Position numbers and translations under genes: made by a program
The notes under the pieces: generated by a model
Seen by the model: the letters and a program-made list of their open reading frames with translations, nothing else
Databases searched by the model: none
Told to the model about the DNA's origin: nothing
From: Paraspadella gotoi
Lineage: Eukaryota > Animalia > Chaetognatha
Assembly (NCBI GenBank): GCA_051294375.1
Contig: CM119265.1
Location: 8,130,924 to 8,194,771 of the forward strand
Length of the DNA: 63,848 nt
Reading direction: 5' to 3'
Part shown: positions 45,593 through 60,216 of the stretch, in pieces
How the letters are laid out: each line of letters begins with the position of its first letter
Position numbering within the stretch: position 1 is the stretch's first letter

Positions 45593-45881
45593 GAATCGGT
45601 CTCTTCATATTTCATGGGCGCCATTTACGAACGCTCTCGGGATCCTTACCCCCTTTTTATCCTGTAATAAAAGAGATTTCCTAAAATGATCGCTTCATCA
45701 CGAGACTGAACTCGTGGACCAATGGGCCATCCTCATTCCTCATTCCTCATGGGTCAGTCATTTGCTGTTCAGAAGAGGAGGGAGATCTTGTATCATCTGA
45801 GTTAGGGCGATGCTATTGGCAGGACACTCATACTTACTTAACTTACCCTTTTTTAAGCTTTTCTAAAATCATAAGCCCTCG

Positions 45882-46090
45882 CGTTCTCCTCTTCTCAGGC
45901 CAACTGCTCAGTCCTTACGTTCTCCTCTTCTCAGTCCAACTGCTCAGTCCTTACGTTCTCCTCTTCTCAGGCCAACTGCTCAGTCCTTACGTTCTCCTCT
46001 TCTCAGGCCAACTGCTCAGTCCTTACGTTCTCCTCTTCTCAGGCCAACTGCTCAGTCCTTACGTTCTCCTCTCTTCAGGCCAACTGCTCA
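45882..46090. repeat. 36-bp minisatellite, duplicate copy
   Basis: Same array, including the same variant second and last units, inside the 2.7-kb duplication. Confidence 0.93.
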
Positions 46091-46753
46091 TAGAATATCC
46101 GATCCTCTTCGTCCTCTTTCGATAAACGTTCATTGTTAGAGAATCATCAATGAAGGAATCTCTGGCACCATGACCCATGGAACATCAAAGAGCCCACGGA
46201 CTCAAAGACTTGGCCGAGAGCGGAGAAAGCTTGTACTGTCGATAAACGCTCCAGAGAGACCGAGGCAAACGTTAAATACACCGACCCAATGTGACCCAAC
46301 GTGACCCGTTCAAGGTCGATCCGTGACCCATAGAAATCTCGCTTTTTTTAGGCTCTCAGGCAAAAGCGGACAGCACGAACCGACCCCCTCTCGATAAAAA
46401 TATCGCTGGACGACCAACCATAAATGGAAATGTTGCACTCTGACCCCGTCACCTAGCAACGACAGAAACCGCCATTCCGGGTCCGCCCCCGTCCGATGCT
46501 AACAAAGACGAAAAGGATATGACTAAAGAGGGCGAGAAGCTTGCTCTCTCTCTTTATCTCTCTCTCTCTCTCTCTCTCTCTCTGACCAGCTGGAACCAAA
46601 CCACGTCGACTTATTTCTCCATATGTCATTTTCGCTGAAGGCGCCTGAGAGCTCCGCCGTGGTAGGAACCCGCGGCGCCTTCCTGTCGAAACCTGGAATC
46701 GGGGAAATGGAATCTCCGCCTCCTCTCTCTCTCTCTTCTCTCTCTCCTCTCCT

Positions 46754-46812
<59 letters not shown>

Positions 46813-48359
46813 CCCCTTATCTCCCCTTGGCCGGATCTCTCTTTATCTTTCCTTTGCATAAATACTTTCTCTCCTTCTCTCGCTCTACATCTTCCATCAT
46901 CGTGGCCATCTGCTTTCTCTCCTCTCTTCTCTCTCTCTCTCTCTCTCTCTCTCCTCTCTCTCCTCTCTCTTCTTCTCTCTTTCTCTCTCTCTCTCTCTCT
47001 CACCCTTTCCTCTAATCATCCTCTCCCAAGCGCGCCCAATGTCAATTTCCCCCTTTCCCCCCACCCTCGCCCCAAACCCCCCTCCGCCCCCCTAAAAAAT
47101 CCTTGACGATGATGGATGCGATCGAATTATTTTTCTCTTTTCACCGACGAACGCTTCGAATGATTAGCCTTTTGTTTCCGTTCGATTCCCGTCCACTTTT
47201 TTCATTGTTTATTAAACAATAAACATCATTCATTAACCCGTTTGTTTTGTTTTTGTTGTTGTTGTTGTTTTGTTGTTTTGTTTTTTAATTGTTTTTTTTT
47301 CGATTCCTCTCTCTGATCGGACGACGATGAAGTAAATATAGGGAGTTGAAATTTGTTTTCGGTTTCCTTTTTTAATTTTTATACTCGTTTTTATCCTTTA
47401 GCGATTTAATATATATTACACTTGTAAAAATATTTCAATACTTCCTTCCTTCCTCTCTCCCATTCTTTCCTCCTTCCTTCTTTCTCTCCTTCCTTTCCTT
47501 CCCTAATTTCTTCCTTCTTTTTACCAAATCCTCACATCAGTTTCCGCTTCGTTTCTCCCAACTTCCTAATCCCAACATTTCTTTCCCTTTCCTCTTCCTC
47601 CTCTCCTTTTTTCCTCCCTCTCCTTTTTCCTCCCTCTCTTTTCTCCGCCTCACTTTGCGACGAAGTTAAGCCTCTCTAAAACACATTCTCTGTAATTCTT
47701 CTCTCTGCTTTAATGAGTCTGAAGCTTAGACTCTAAACACCAATGAATCACGATATATAACTTTCTTTTCTTTTCTTTTCTTTTCTTTTCTTTTTTTTTC
47801 AAATTTTTCTTCGGTTGATCTTTTTTTTTAACCTCGTTTCAATTTTTTTCTTTTCTTTCATTTATTCCCATTTTTCACTCTCGACGATTTATGTATACAT
47901 TTTGTCGGATATAACTTCTCGTTTTAAGAATTTATTATTTTCTCTTTTTTTTTATAAATGTTATTTATTTTCTTCGAAGTTTTTTTTTTTTAAAGCGTCA
48001 CATTTTCAAAGCGAATCCACCCGATTTTTACTCTACCCCTTCCCCCCCCCACAAACCTATGTCATCGGTCACCCTAAACCCTTTCGCCACCCTAACCTCA
48101 TCCCCTTTCTATAACCCCGTCCCCCCAAATAAATTTAGGCCACGTGTCGGCGGTTTCCTTTAATCGTCGCGTGATGTCCTCGTGGAAGGCGTTTTCTTTC
48201 TCTCGGAGAACCCCGAAGGGATTTGGGGTCTGGAAGGCGGTGGCGTGTGTGGTGGGGGTGGATGGGTGGGCAATTATTTCAATGGAGATTGGTTAAAGAA
48301 ATAATTGTAGCTAAAGTAAAGAAAAGGAGCGAAACAATGGCTAGAAACACAAAGAGGAA

Positions 48360-48385
48360 AGGAAAGAAAGAAAGAAAGAAAGAAA

Positions 48386-48440
<55 letters not shown>

Positions 48441-48475
48441 ATAGAGAAAAAAAGAAAGAAAGAAAGAAAGAATGA

Positions 48476-48507
<32 letters not shown>

Positions 48508-48510
48508 ACG
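48360..48510. repeat. Compound (AAAG)n/(AAAT)n microsatellite
   Basis: Seen directly in the sequence. Confidence 0.9.
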
Positions 48511-48987
48511 AAATAAAGAAATAAAGAAGGAAAGAAAGACGGAAGTCAAAACAAGAAAATCGATTGATGCTCTGAAGAAGAGAAAGAAGAGGAAGGGAGA
48601 CACGACAACGAGAAAAAGAAAAAGAATAGAAAGGGGGGGAAAAAAAAAGAAAGGAATTAAAAGAAAAGAAATAAAGAGAGGAAGGAAAGATAAAAGATTT
48701 GGGTCTCGAGAGAAGATTTTGTTTTGAAATTGTTTTGACTTTTGACATGAGAAACCGAGACGCTGGATAGAGAGGGAAGGGGAGGTGGCGGTGGAGGGGA
48801 GGGGGGGGTTCTGGAAGAGGGTACAACGTATTGATTTGACTGGGAGGAAGGGGGGGTGTGTCTAGAAAGGAAAGGAATAGTTAAACCCGAAAGAGTTTAG
48901 ACATCTGGAAGGAAGGTGGAACGATTGAACCTCGGTTGTCAGCGGGGCGTCCGTCGGTTGTACTCGTGGATGAATAAAGGAAAGAGA

Positions 48988-49010
48988 GATGATGATGCTG
49001 ATGATGATGC

Positions 49011-49066
<56 letters not shown>
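48988..49066. repeat. (GAT)n microsatellite
   Basis: Seen directly in the sequence. Confidence 0.95.
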
Positions 49067-49505
49067 TTCGTTAACGAAGGAGTAGCATCACCGAAATCAA
49101 TTATGACAAAAAGATTTGAAGATGATAAATTTATGAAAGTGACATCGGAAAGATTTCGACGATGACGATGTCAAATTTTAAAATCGATACCAGAACGAAA
49201 TAATGGTGCAGGTTACAAAGTGTTACCTTGTGCCCCTAAGTCCCTTGTTCGAATAAGAAACAAGTATTTCCGTGACTCGAACGTCATCACAAGTTTACTT
49301 TTCACGGTTGACGCTTTGACGTTTTTTTGACGTTTTTTTGACGTCTTGAGATTTCGAGGTTTCGACGTCTCCATTTCTTTCGTTTTTTGATGCGAGACGT
49401 CGAAAGATGAAATTCGTCGCGACAGAAGGTTTGACTTTAGACTTTCAAGATCGCTGAGTCGAGACGATTTCTCTCTCTCTCACTCTCTCATTCTCTACTC
49501 CTCTC

Positions 49506-49617
<112 letters not shown>

Positions 49618-49618
49618 A

Positions 49619-49743
49619 ATCGCTCTCTTTCGTTCTTTTTTCCCTTTTTCTTTCCTTCTTCCCTTTCTTTCTTTCTTCTTTTATTCTTTCTTTCTTTCTT
49701 TATTTTTTTTTTTTCGTTCTCTCTCTCTCTCTCTCTTCACTCT

Positions 49744-49783
<40 letters not shown>

Positions 49784-49910
49784 CTCTCATCTCTCTTCTC
49801 TCTCTCATCGCTCTCTTTCGTTCTTTTTTCCCTTTTTTTCTTTCCTTCTTCCCTTCTTTTCTTTCTTTCTTTTTATTCTTTCTTTCTTTCTTATTTTTTT
49901 CGTTCTCTCT
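49619..49910 (+). repeat. Short (~190-bp period) duplication within a pyrimidine/(CT)n tract
   Basis: ATCGCTCTCTTTCGTTCTTTTTTCCC...TTTTTTTTCGTTCTCTC occurs at ~49619 and ~49807. Confidence 0.7.
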
Positions 49911-49919
49911 CTCTCTCTC

Positions 49920-50035
<116 letters not shown>

Positions 50036-50703
50036 TCATCCATTCTGTCGATATTAACGAGGATATAAACATCCCGATATTTTCCGGTCCCTCTACCCCT
50101 CCCCACCCAAAAAAAAAATTTTTCCCCCAACATCCGGTTCTTTCTCTCCGGATCTCCCTCCGGAAAAAAAAACTGCCGGAAATCCGCCGGAAAAACTCGA
50201 CCAATTCCGACACGAAACGTTTTATGGTCAGAGAAGAGAAAAACAGAAAAGAGGAAAGGAAGCGAGGAGGATAAGATTGGAGGAAAAAGAAAAGGAGGAG
50301 GGAAAGTGGAGGATTTGCGGATCATAATGGAGGAAAAAAGGAAGAAAACAAAAGAAAAGAAAGAGAATCTTGAGAAAAAGATTGAAAAATAAAAAGAGGT
50401 AGGGAAAGGAAGGGAGATTGAAAAAAAAAGAATAGAAAGGAAAGGAAGGTAAGTGAAGAGAGAATTTGGGCGTCGGTAGATCCGGCAGCTGCAATGGCGG
50501 TATTGGTTTTGGTAACAAAGACATTTTCGAGTCCGTAAATATTTCCATGGAATAAATACCGTGTTAATTTAATACTAATTCGCATAAAATATTATTTCAT
50601 AACTTTATTTTCATCTATCTGTTATTTATACTTATACGCCGGATATTTCAAAACGCGATCTACATTCGATATTTTAATAGTCAACCTCTCTGACACTCTC
50701 TCT

Positions 50704-50738
<35 letters not shown>

Positions 50739-50956
50739 TCTCTCTCTCTCCTCTCTCTCTCTCTCCTCTCTCTACTCTATCTCTCTCTCTTCTCTCCCTC
50801 CCCCATCCCCCAGCCCCCTCAATTGTTGTGTTTCATTAATTGAATTTTTTCTCTTTTATTTTCTTTCTCTCTCTTCCGCTCGCCTCTTCGCCGTCGGGAA
50901 CTAAATCAGGGTAAGCCACTAAAATTTTAATTTCTCGTTTCATCGGTAGGAGGACG

Positions 50957-51062
<106 letters not shown>

Positions 51063-52582
51063 AAGGAGAAACAAAAGATTATTTTTCAATTTCAAAAAGA
51101 TTACCGAGGGAAAGAGAGATAGAGAGAGAGACAAGGAAAGAATAACAATATGAATGCATCGATTTTTGTAGCAACCAATTTCACGTTGTTTCCTGTTTTC
51201 CATCTTTGTTTCGATTTAGTTCTTTGTTTCCTCGCAACTTATTACTTTGTTTCTCTTTGTTGTCCTCTGTTTCTCCGCCCGCTTCCCTCTCTGCCAGTCG
51301 ATCCCTTCATCTGCCCGATGAATAATGAAGCTCATAAAAATACCTGCGGCGGAAAAGAGGAAAGCGAGTTTCGTCTTCGGGTTGTCCGTCTGTCTGGGCG
51401 ACGAGACAACCCCGCCCCGGAAAGACAACCAACACCCCCAGATTCTGACACTCCCACTTATCAAATAATAATAATAATAATAATAATATATTATATAGTA
51501 TTTATAATAATTATTGTTAAATTATGTTTTTTATGTCACCGATCACTCACCCATCCCTCACACCTCACTTCTCTCTCCTCACCCTCTCACCCCATGACCT
51601 CCCGCCCCACCCCCCTCAACCGACGGGAGACGAAAAGAGACGCCGGAAGCGAAAACGAGGCGTTAGAAACTCCATTTCCGATCCACGGATGGCGCTGGTT
51701 GTTTCGGTGGGCGGTGGTCGTGGTGGTAAACTAGGTCGTGGCCGGTGGTGGTTGTGGTGGGAGAAGTAATTTTGGTGATGACGGTTGTGATGGTGCGCGC
51801 CGATTTTTGTGATATTTAATTCTTGGGCGTTGATGAAAGTGATGCGGTTCGGAATGAATTGTGATCGCGTGATGTTGAGTCACTGACTGTGACGGCGAAT
51901 GCTGCTCCATTGACGGTCGCGGACGAGGACGTCCCCTCCGCTGCTTCCGCCCCCGCAGCCGCCCCGCAAGCCCCCCCGACCGCAGCCGCCCCCCGCCCGC
52001 AGCCGCCCCCGAAGCCCGTAACAACGGCGAAGGCGCAATTTGTTTTCGTTCTTTTGTCGCGACTATTTCTGTCTCTTTCTGTCTCTTTTCGTCTCTTTCC
52101 TTCTCTTTCTGTCCCTCGCTTCAAATCTTTCTCTATCTTCGCTTTTCTCCCTTTTCTTCTTTCCTGACCAAAATACAAAATGGCCGCCGCTTTGTCGCCG
52201 TCGAGCTCCTGTCCGGAAGCGGGAGACATCTGGCGGAAATAACGACTTTTAAAGGAGAAAAAAAAGGAAATCACGAAAAAAAGAAGGAAAAAAATGGAAA
52301 CGTGTTTTTGGCAGAAAAAGTTATTAGTTTCTGTTGATTGAATTTTCTCAAATGGCGTCTTTTTCCCAGTTTTATTTTTATTCTTTTATTTTTCCGATTT
52401 AAAACTGTTAAACAATTGATTGAAAAATACTTTTTTTTGTTTATATGTTGTTTTTATATTTTGTTTTCTTATGTTTTTAACTAAACTAAAACAACTTAAC
52501 CAAATCATCAGCTAAATCTTCTCGCTCATCAGTTGGCCTTTCGATTTGCAAGCTTTGTTTCCTTTCCTTTGTTACTTTTAAT

Positions 52583-52627
<45 letters not shown>

Positions 52628-52800
52628 TCTCTCTCTCTCTCTCTCTCTCTCGTCTCTTCTCGTCTCTCTCTCTCTCTTTCCGTTATCCTCGTTTAATCGG
52701 TCAAGACATCAGCTCTTCCTCTCTTTTTTTTTCTTTTCTTCTTTTCAGTCGAAGAAATTAAGCCTCGATTCATTTATTCTTTTTCCGGCGGCACCTCTCA

Positions 52801-52836
<36 letters not shown>

Positions 52837-52942
52837 CTTTCCTCTTCATTCATTCATTTCCTTTATTTATTTATTTACTGTTTTTCTTTTTGCTCTTTTT
52901 TCATGTTATTTTTTTCATGTTTTAATTATATCGTTACAGATA

Positions 52943-53060
<118 letters not shown>

Positions 53061-54843
53061 TCGTCGTCGTCGACCCCGGCTGCATTTTTCATTCGAATTC
53101 GGCGCCATCTCCCGTTATTTTCGTGTCCTCTGTGACGTCGCCCTGGTCGGCGCGATGACGCCGCGTCATCAACGGCGCCAGTAACGCCGTTGAGAAGCGG
53201 AAGCGTGGCCGTGGATTGAAAGCGAGAAGCGAAAATGCGAAATAAAGAGAGGCTCTCGTGAGAAGCGGAACGACGATTCCTGAGAAGCGAATCTGAAAGT
53301 TACGAACCTTCGCTGTTCGTAAGTAATAAGTTATGACATAACAAAATGTTTTTCTTCGTTTTTGTTTATATTTACGTTTCATGTTTTCAAGTTTGTGTTT
53401 TGTCGCTAAATTATCGTTTAACAAGACGTCGTCGCCACAACAGTTTTCGTTTATAACTAAAAAAAAACTTGAGGTCATAAATTTGATGTTCGGCGAAAAA
53501 AAAAGCTTTTTTTTTCTTTCTAAATTGAGTTAATGTTTCATCGGCGCCGAGAGACTTAGGCGAGAGAGAGAGAGATGAAGAGAGAGAGAGAGAGCACTCC
53601 CTTCCGACAGGTACATATCTTTTTATCGTTATCGTCTTCATCATCTTCGTCGTCGTCTTCGTCGTCCCAATATTCTTAACTTCATTACTCTGAAAGTTAA
53701 AGTCTTCCTCGTCAAAAAAAGCCTAAAGGAATTCCATTAATCAATATTGAGTATTATCGTCTTTTTCAAAGTAGCGAGAGGTCTTTATCGATGTCATCTT
53801 TACTGTCACTGTCGTCTGTTTTCTTCGTCTTCATCAGCATCATCAGTACAATTATCATAATCGCCTTCATCGTCCTCATCTTTGTCATTTTTTTCGTTTT
53901 ATCTTCGTCGTCACCTCAGATGTCATCATGTTCGTCTTCGTCATCATCATATTTTTTATCCTTCGTCGTCGTCGTCGTCGTCGTCGTCCTCAGCGCTCCC
54001 AGGCGTCGAAGATGCTTCTCGCTTTTTCTCGTTTCTTAGTCTAATGGAGAGTTATTCATAAGCCTGTCATCAGTATTTTTCTCTCTCACTTTTTTTTTTC
54101 TCTCTTTTTTCTCCCTTCCTTTTTTTCCTTTTTTCTTTCCTTTTCCTTTTTTTTCGCCTTTAATTCGTCTCGCGGCGAGAGAGGGTTGAGGGGAATGAAA
54201 AAGTGTTGAGGGGGAGCGTTTTGGGGAATGGTTCAGGGGATTGAGGGAGAATGGGGAGGAATTTGGGGAACGATAGAAATTGGGGAAAATATTAGGGGAC
54301 CAAAGGGGTGATATTGCAATATTACAATATTTTGGGGGTTGAAGGAGCTACTGGAAGAGATTATGGGAGCGATGTAAAGAGTAGCTTACAGGGATTAGAG
54401 GGTCGACGGGTCGGGAAGGGATTAGGAGCCTTGGATTATTTTTTTTGAAAATCCACGATTTGAATTTCTAAACATCCGAAGACCTAAAAAGCTCCAAACG
54501 GTGAGCGAATAGAAGAAGTATATGTAGTCTTCGCCGTTGCAAGCTTTTTCGCAAGCAGATTGCACTATTGCGCTCCTCTGTCGTTGGAGAGGAACAAATA
54601 CAGGTGATGGTATTGTAGTTTATTTTGAACGTTCCGTAGAAAGACTGCCATTCCGTAAGAGAACGGCGTTATTTGCGTTTCGGAAGTCGGCGTTGGCTGC
54701 CGATTGCATCCGTGCCTAATTCTTTTTTCTCTTAATCCCTTTTCCTTTTTTTCCTTTTATTTCCCTTCATTTCGTAATTTGGCTAATATTTTTTTTCCTC
54801 CTAATGATTTTCTTTTTTCATTAACCTTCAGTTTTGATTTCGA

Positions 54844-54881
<38 letters not shown>

Positions 54882-54942
54882 GTTTATCAGAGGAAATTTT
54901 CACCGTCGATTACGAAGCGAAAACAAGTAATGAGGCTGTTAA

Positions 54943-55050
54943 CGTCGTCGTCCTCGTCGTCGTCCTCGTCGTCGTCCTCGTCGTCGCTGACGTCGTCGTC
55001 ATCGTCGTCGCTGACGTCGTCGTCGTCGTCGTTCTCGTCGTAGTCGTCAC
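54943..55050. repeat. Imperfect (GTC)n microsatellite
   Basis: Seen directly; similar tracts at 56712-56940 and 59628-59668. Confidence 0.9.
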
Positions 55051-55576
55051 GCTCGTCACCTTTTCTCAATGAAGCCCTCGATTTGATCGCAGTTTTTTTT
55101 CTTTTTACTTTTCGAGAGAAAAGAAAGAAAAAAGTTTTTGCGTCGATTTAATTCATCGTTTTTCTGTTGCATCGTTCAGCAGCAGCGCCGGCAGCTGCCG
55201 CTGCAACGTCGCCGCTTTTTGGGTTTTTTTTAATAAAGTTTTTTTTTTTAAGCAAAGTTAAACGAATCGTCGATTTTTAAAAAACGAGTCACGATTCAGA
55301 AATGATCAACTTATGTTAATAAATCAATATACGAGAAGAAAAAATAATAGTAGAGCGATAACATTTTTTGTCGACAACCCCCTTTTCAACCTTCATATGC
55401 ACTATGCTCTATGCACTATGCAGTGTCGATCTCCAATCTCTCCAAACACATTTACTCACCCTCTCCCTTCCTCTATCTCCCTCTCTTCTCTTCCCCTCTC
55501 CCCTCCCCGCCCTCATAAGGCGATCAAGTGACGCAAACATGAAAAACGTCCCAAACAAAACAAGACGCGAAAAATT

Positions 55577-55760
55577 CGCTTCCTTCCGCTTCTCTCCTCC
55601 GCTTTTCTCCGCTTCTCTCCCCCGCTTTTTTTTTCCGCTTTGCCTCCGCTTTTCGACGCCAAACGACCGGAAAAAAACTTGACCGGAAGTTGAGGCTCGA
55701 CCCGAGCGGCGCGGCTGGCGGCGGCGGCTGGCGGCGCCGGAAGTTACCGGGAGGCGTCTC
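55577..55760 (+). promoter_or_regulatory. Candidate CpG-rich promoter with paired ETS sites
   Basis: CCGGAAGT at 55683 and 55737 flank a GGC-rich tract and are preceded by seven CGCTT motifs at 10-13-bp spacing. Confidence 0.35.
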
Positions 55761-56238
55761 GACGTCGGATGGCGTGGCTGCACGATGGACGACGCCGGTT
55801 TATGGATTTGCCTTTCGGAGGGAGGGGAAGTGGGCAAGAGGGGGGTGGTCGAAAAAGGGGGTTGGGGAGGAAGAGGAAAGGAAGGAGAGTGTTCGGTGGA
55901 GAAAGGGGAGTGACAAAGTGAGATGCTGATGTACATGTGGATATAGATGTGGATGACGATGGGAAAAGATGGAGTTGAAAAGAAGACACGGGAAACAGAT
56001 GGAGTTTACGAAATGATGTTGGGAAGAGTTAAGGTATGAGATGATTCGAAGAGACTGGCATCAGACAGAAATGAGAAAAAGACGTGGGGAAGAGATGTTG
56101 TGGTAGATGAAAAGAACAGATGGAATCAAAAGAAGGGGATGAATCGTTTGAGGAAGAGAAAGTAAATCCTTGATTTTTTTTTTTTGATCAACAACATCTG
56201 GGATTTTGACCAACGATTTTCGTTTCTTCCTTTTTAAG

Positions 56239-56319
<81 letters not shown>

Positions 56320-56880
56320 GTCTTGTCACATTTCCCGCCTTCTTTAAAATTTATGGTGTAGCACCCACCCATGGTGCTATGAGCGGCGTGGAACCCATTG
56401 CATAAGGAGAGTGGGAACACCCACATCCATGAAACCGGAAATGGCCGTTGTCCCTCGAGACGATTGGGCGCGGCTGAAGACGCCGACGCCCTCGCTGATG
56501 CAAACTTGGCCATCTTAAGACCCTCGCTGTTCTTTATCACTCCCAAGAACCTTTACACTTTTTAACAGTCCGCAAGGCACGACAGCGCTCGGTTCCCAAC
56601 TGCGCCCCCGAGTGGACAACTTCTAAAAGTCGACCCCGACCGTAACTCAGAGAAGCTGACAAGAAAAAACGGGGAAGCGAATGTGAACAGTGGAGTGTTT
56701 GTGGAGGTTGATCGTCGTCGTCGTTGTTTTCGTCGTCGTCTTCATCGTCGGCGTCGTCGTCGTCTTCTTCTTCTTCAGCCCTGACCCCCTTCGCCCTTGG
56801 ATGGCATAAACAAATCCATTTCTTTCCACAAATCGCCGCCTCAACCGTCGTCTTCGTCGTCGTCGTCGTTATCGAGGTTT

Positions 56881-56914
<34 letters not shown>

Positions 56915-58643
56915 TATCGAGGTTTTCGTCGTCATCGTCGTCTCTTTATCTTTCTTTCATCAATTTCGTTCCAAAACAAAGATGTCGGCGTCGTCGTCGT
57001 TGTTGTTGTTGTTGTTGTTGTAGTTTTTGTTGTTGTAATAACCATCACTTGCTCTAATTTCCCAACATTATTTTCTGTTGTTTTCTTTCAAAAAAAAAAA
57101 ACAATTCAAATAATATTTCGTGCGATCGATTTTCCCTATCACCGCCAGAGGGAGTTTCCGCCTTTGCGCATTTGTTTACGAGACGCTGTGATCCTGTTTT
57201 TTCGATGGCCTGTTTTTATACTTTCTGTTTTCTTGTTTGTCTGTTCCCGTCTTTCTGTTTTTTGTTGTTGTTTTTTTTCGTTTTGCAGTTGCGCCGAAGA
57301 AATGTTTAGCTGCTGCAGCGAGGAGTAATAAATTACGCTTTTCCCAGTATCTCTCTCTCTCTCTCTCTCNNNNNNNNNNNNNNNNNNNNNNNNNNNNNNN
57401 NNNNNNNNNNNNNNNNNNNNNNNNNNNNNNNNNNNNNNNNNNNNNNNNNNNNNNNNNNNNNNNNNNNNNNNNNNNNNNNNNNNNNNNNNNNNNNNNNNNN
57501 NNNNNNNNNNNNNNNNNNNNNNNNNNNNNNNNNNNNNNNNNNNNNNNNNNNNNNNNNNNNNNNNNNNNNNNNNNNNNNNNNNNNNNNNNNNNNNNNNNNN
57601 NNNNNNNNNNNNNNNNNNNNNNNNNNNNNNNNNNNNNNNNNNNNNNNNNNNNNNNNNNNNNNNNNNNNNNNNNNNAAGGAGGAAAAGAGTTTTGCTCGGG
57701 AGGCGACATCCATCATTGGACCATTTGAGCACCAATGAATTATGGGTACACAAAACCCGAAATAGACTCGGGGAAAAACAATGAAAGGCGAGGAAAGGAG
57801 ATCTGCACCCAAAAGTGGCGAATGGGGAGGTGGAGGAAGAAGAGAGGAAAGGGGAGGAAAGAAGAGGAATGGGAAAGAGGAAAGGAAAGGAAAGGCAAGG
57901 AAAGGCATGGAAAGGCATGAAAAGGAAAGGAAATGAAAGGAAAGGAAAGGAAAGTTACTTCATTTCTTATTCATTTCGCAATTTAGAGAAAAACCTTCTG
58001 CTCTCCAAGAGGGCAAAGACGGGAGGCGCCTTCCACGGACAAGAGCGATACTCTCTCTCTCTCTCTCTCTCTCNNNNNNNNNNNNNNNNNNNNNNNNNNN
58101 NNNNNNNNNNNNNNNNNNNNNNNNNNNNNNNNNNNNNNNNNNNNNNNNNNNNNNNNNNNNNNNNNNNNNNNNNNNNNNNNNNNNNNNNNNNNNNNNNNNN
58201 NNNNNNNNNNNNNNNNNNNNNNNNNNNNNNNNNNNAGGATATTTTTGGCTTCCCTTTTTTTCAACTTTCCCATAATCTTTCGCCCGACCTGATTTTCAAA
58301 TCGCTTTTAATTTACCCTGACCGCCTCATAGTAAGGGTTGCCGAAGATGAAGGCGCAACTTACCTTTTTTAAAATCTTGGACTTTTTTAGATTCGTCTGC
58401 TTCTATTTTGTTTGAGACGTGGAAGATAAAATCACGATTAAGATGATGACAAGGACGAAAGAATAAAATGATGACAGGACGAAAAAAATCAAGAAAAATT
58501 CAGACAAGACGAAGAGATGATAAAGATAATAATAACTGATGAAAACGAATCATTATGAGAAAGATAAAGGGTACGCAACAAAACCACAAAAACGAATTAC
58601 GAAATTTCTCAAATTCACTGACAAAAAATGTTGATACCACGAC

Positions 58644-58711
<68 letters not shown>

Positions 58712-59635
58712 CTGAATTCAACCAACGACGACAACGACAAGGACGACGGCAACAACAACAACGACCCGTGATGTGGAAACGACTTAGTGAAAAACTGGAA
58801 GGAGAGAAAAAATGAGGATACCTGAAAGAAGTGAGACTCTGCGGCGGCAGTGGGTGAGGTCTTGGGGTGGGTGAGGGGTTGGGGTGAGTGAGGGGTTGGG
58901 ATGGGCGTGGCGGGATGTGAGAGAGGTGAAAATAGAGATGAGGTCAATTATGATATCGAGCCGTTAAAATAGTGAATTTCATAATATGAAAAATCAAGTT
59001 TTTATTACGGGATTTGTTAAGTGAATTTTTAAAGGACCCTCTCGTATAAGCTTGCGAGAAGTGCTTGTTCATCTTTATGACCAAGCACCGTGTCTCGGTC
59101 CTCTTGCGTTGAGAATCCTCGTCCACGAATCTTCGACGCCGTGGTTGACGCTAATCGCGTCGTCTGCTCCAGAGAAAAAGAAGGATTTTCGTTTTTAAAT
59201 GTAAAGTTAATTGTCTTTTTTCAGAGGAAAAAAAAGGAGAACATAAGGCGGAGGCGAAATGGAAAGGAAGAAAAGGAAGGAAAAAAAATGAACTGCGTTT
59301 TAAAAGTGAGTGAGAGGAAAGGAAGGGAAAAAGGGAAAAGGGAAATGAAACGTTGGAAGAAAGGGAAAAGGATGAAAAGATTAAGGATGAAAGGGAAAGT
59401 AAGCGTAAACCTAATATGAAATGAATATACGAAAAGTAAACGAAAGCGAAGAAAAAAAAAGGAAATACTTGAATAAAAGGAAAAGGAATAAAAGGGAAAG
59501 GAAAACGAAAGAATATTAAAAAGAGGAAAAAAAGAAGAAAAGTTAGGAAATAAAGGAAGAGGGAGACTTTTCGTGTTTCTGACTCACAACGAGGAACGAT
59601 ACTAAATTCTTCTCAAGTCAGGAAAAGATCGTCAA

Positions 59636-59668
<33 letters not shown>

Positions 59669-60182
59669 NNNNNNNNNNNNNNNNNNNNNNNNNNNNNNNN
59701 NNNNNNNNNNNNNNNNNNNNNNNNNNNNNNNNNNNNNNNNNNNNNNNNNNNNNNNNNNNNNNNNNNNNNNNNNNNNNNNNNNNNNNNNNNNNNNNNNNNN
59801 NNNNNNNNNNNNNNNNNNNNNNNNNNNNNNNNNNNNNNNNNNNNNNNNNNNNNNNNNNNNNNNNNNNNNNNNNNNNNNNNNNNNNNNNNNNNNNNNNNNN
59901 NNNGGGGTGTGGGAACGAGCGGAGTAGAGAGGGTGAAGGGTGACGGTTATTGCAGAGTGTGATTGAGATTTGGTCATTGAAGGCGAAGTGGAAGATTGTC
60001 GACCTTCGACTTTGACGAGCATTGGCAAAGAGTTGGATGGTTGGGGAGCACGACGACGATGACGACGACGACGACGACGACGTCAACGCTGGTCGAAAAT
60101 AGCCAAAACATAGCCTGAAGAAAGATTTGGTAGAAAGTGTTTTTTTTAGACGGAGTAAGAACGTAACGTTCACTCTCTTAAC

Positions 60183-60216
<34 letters not shown>

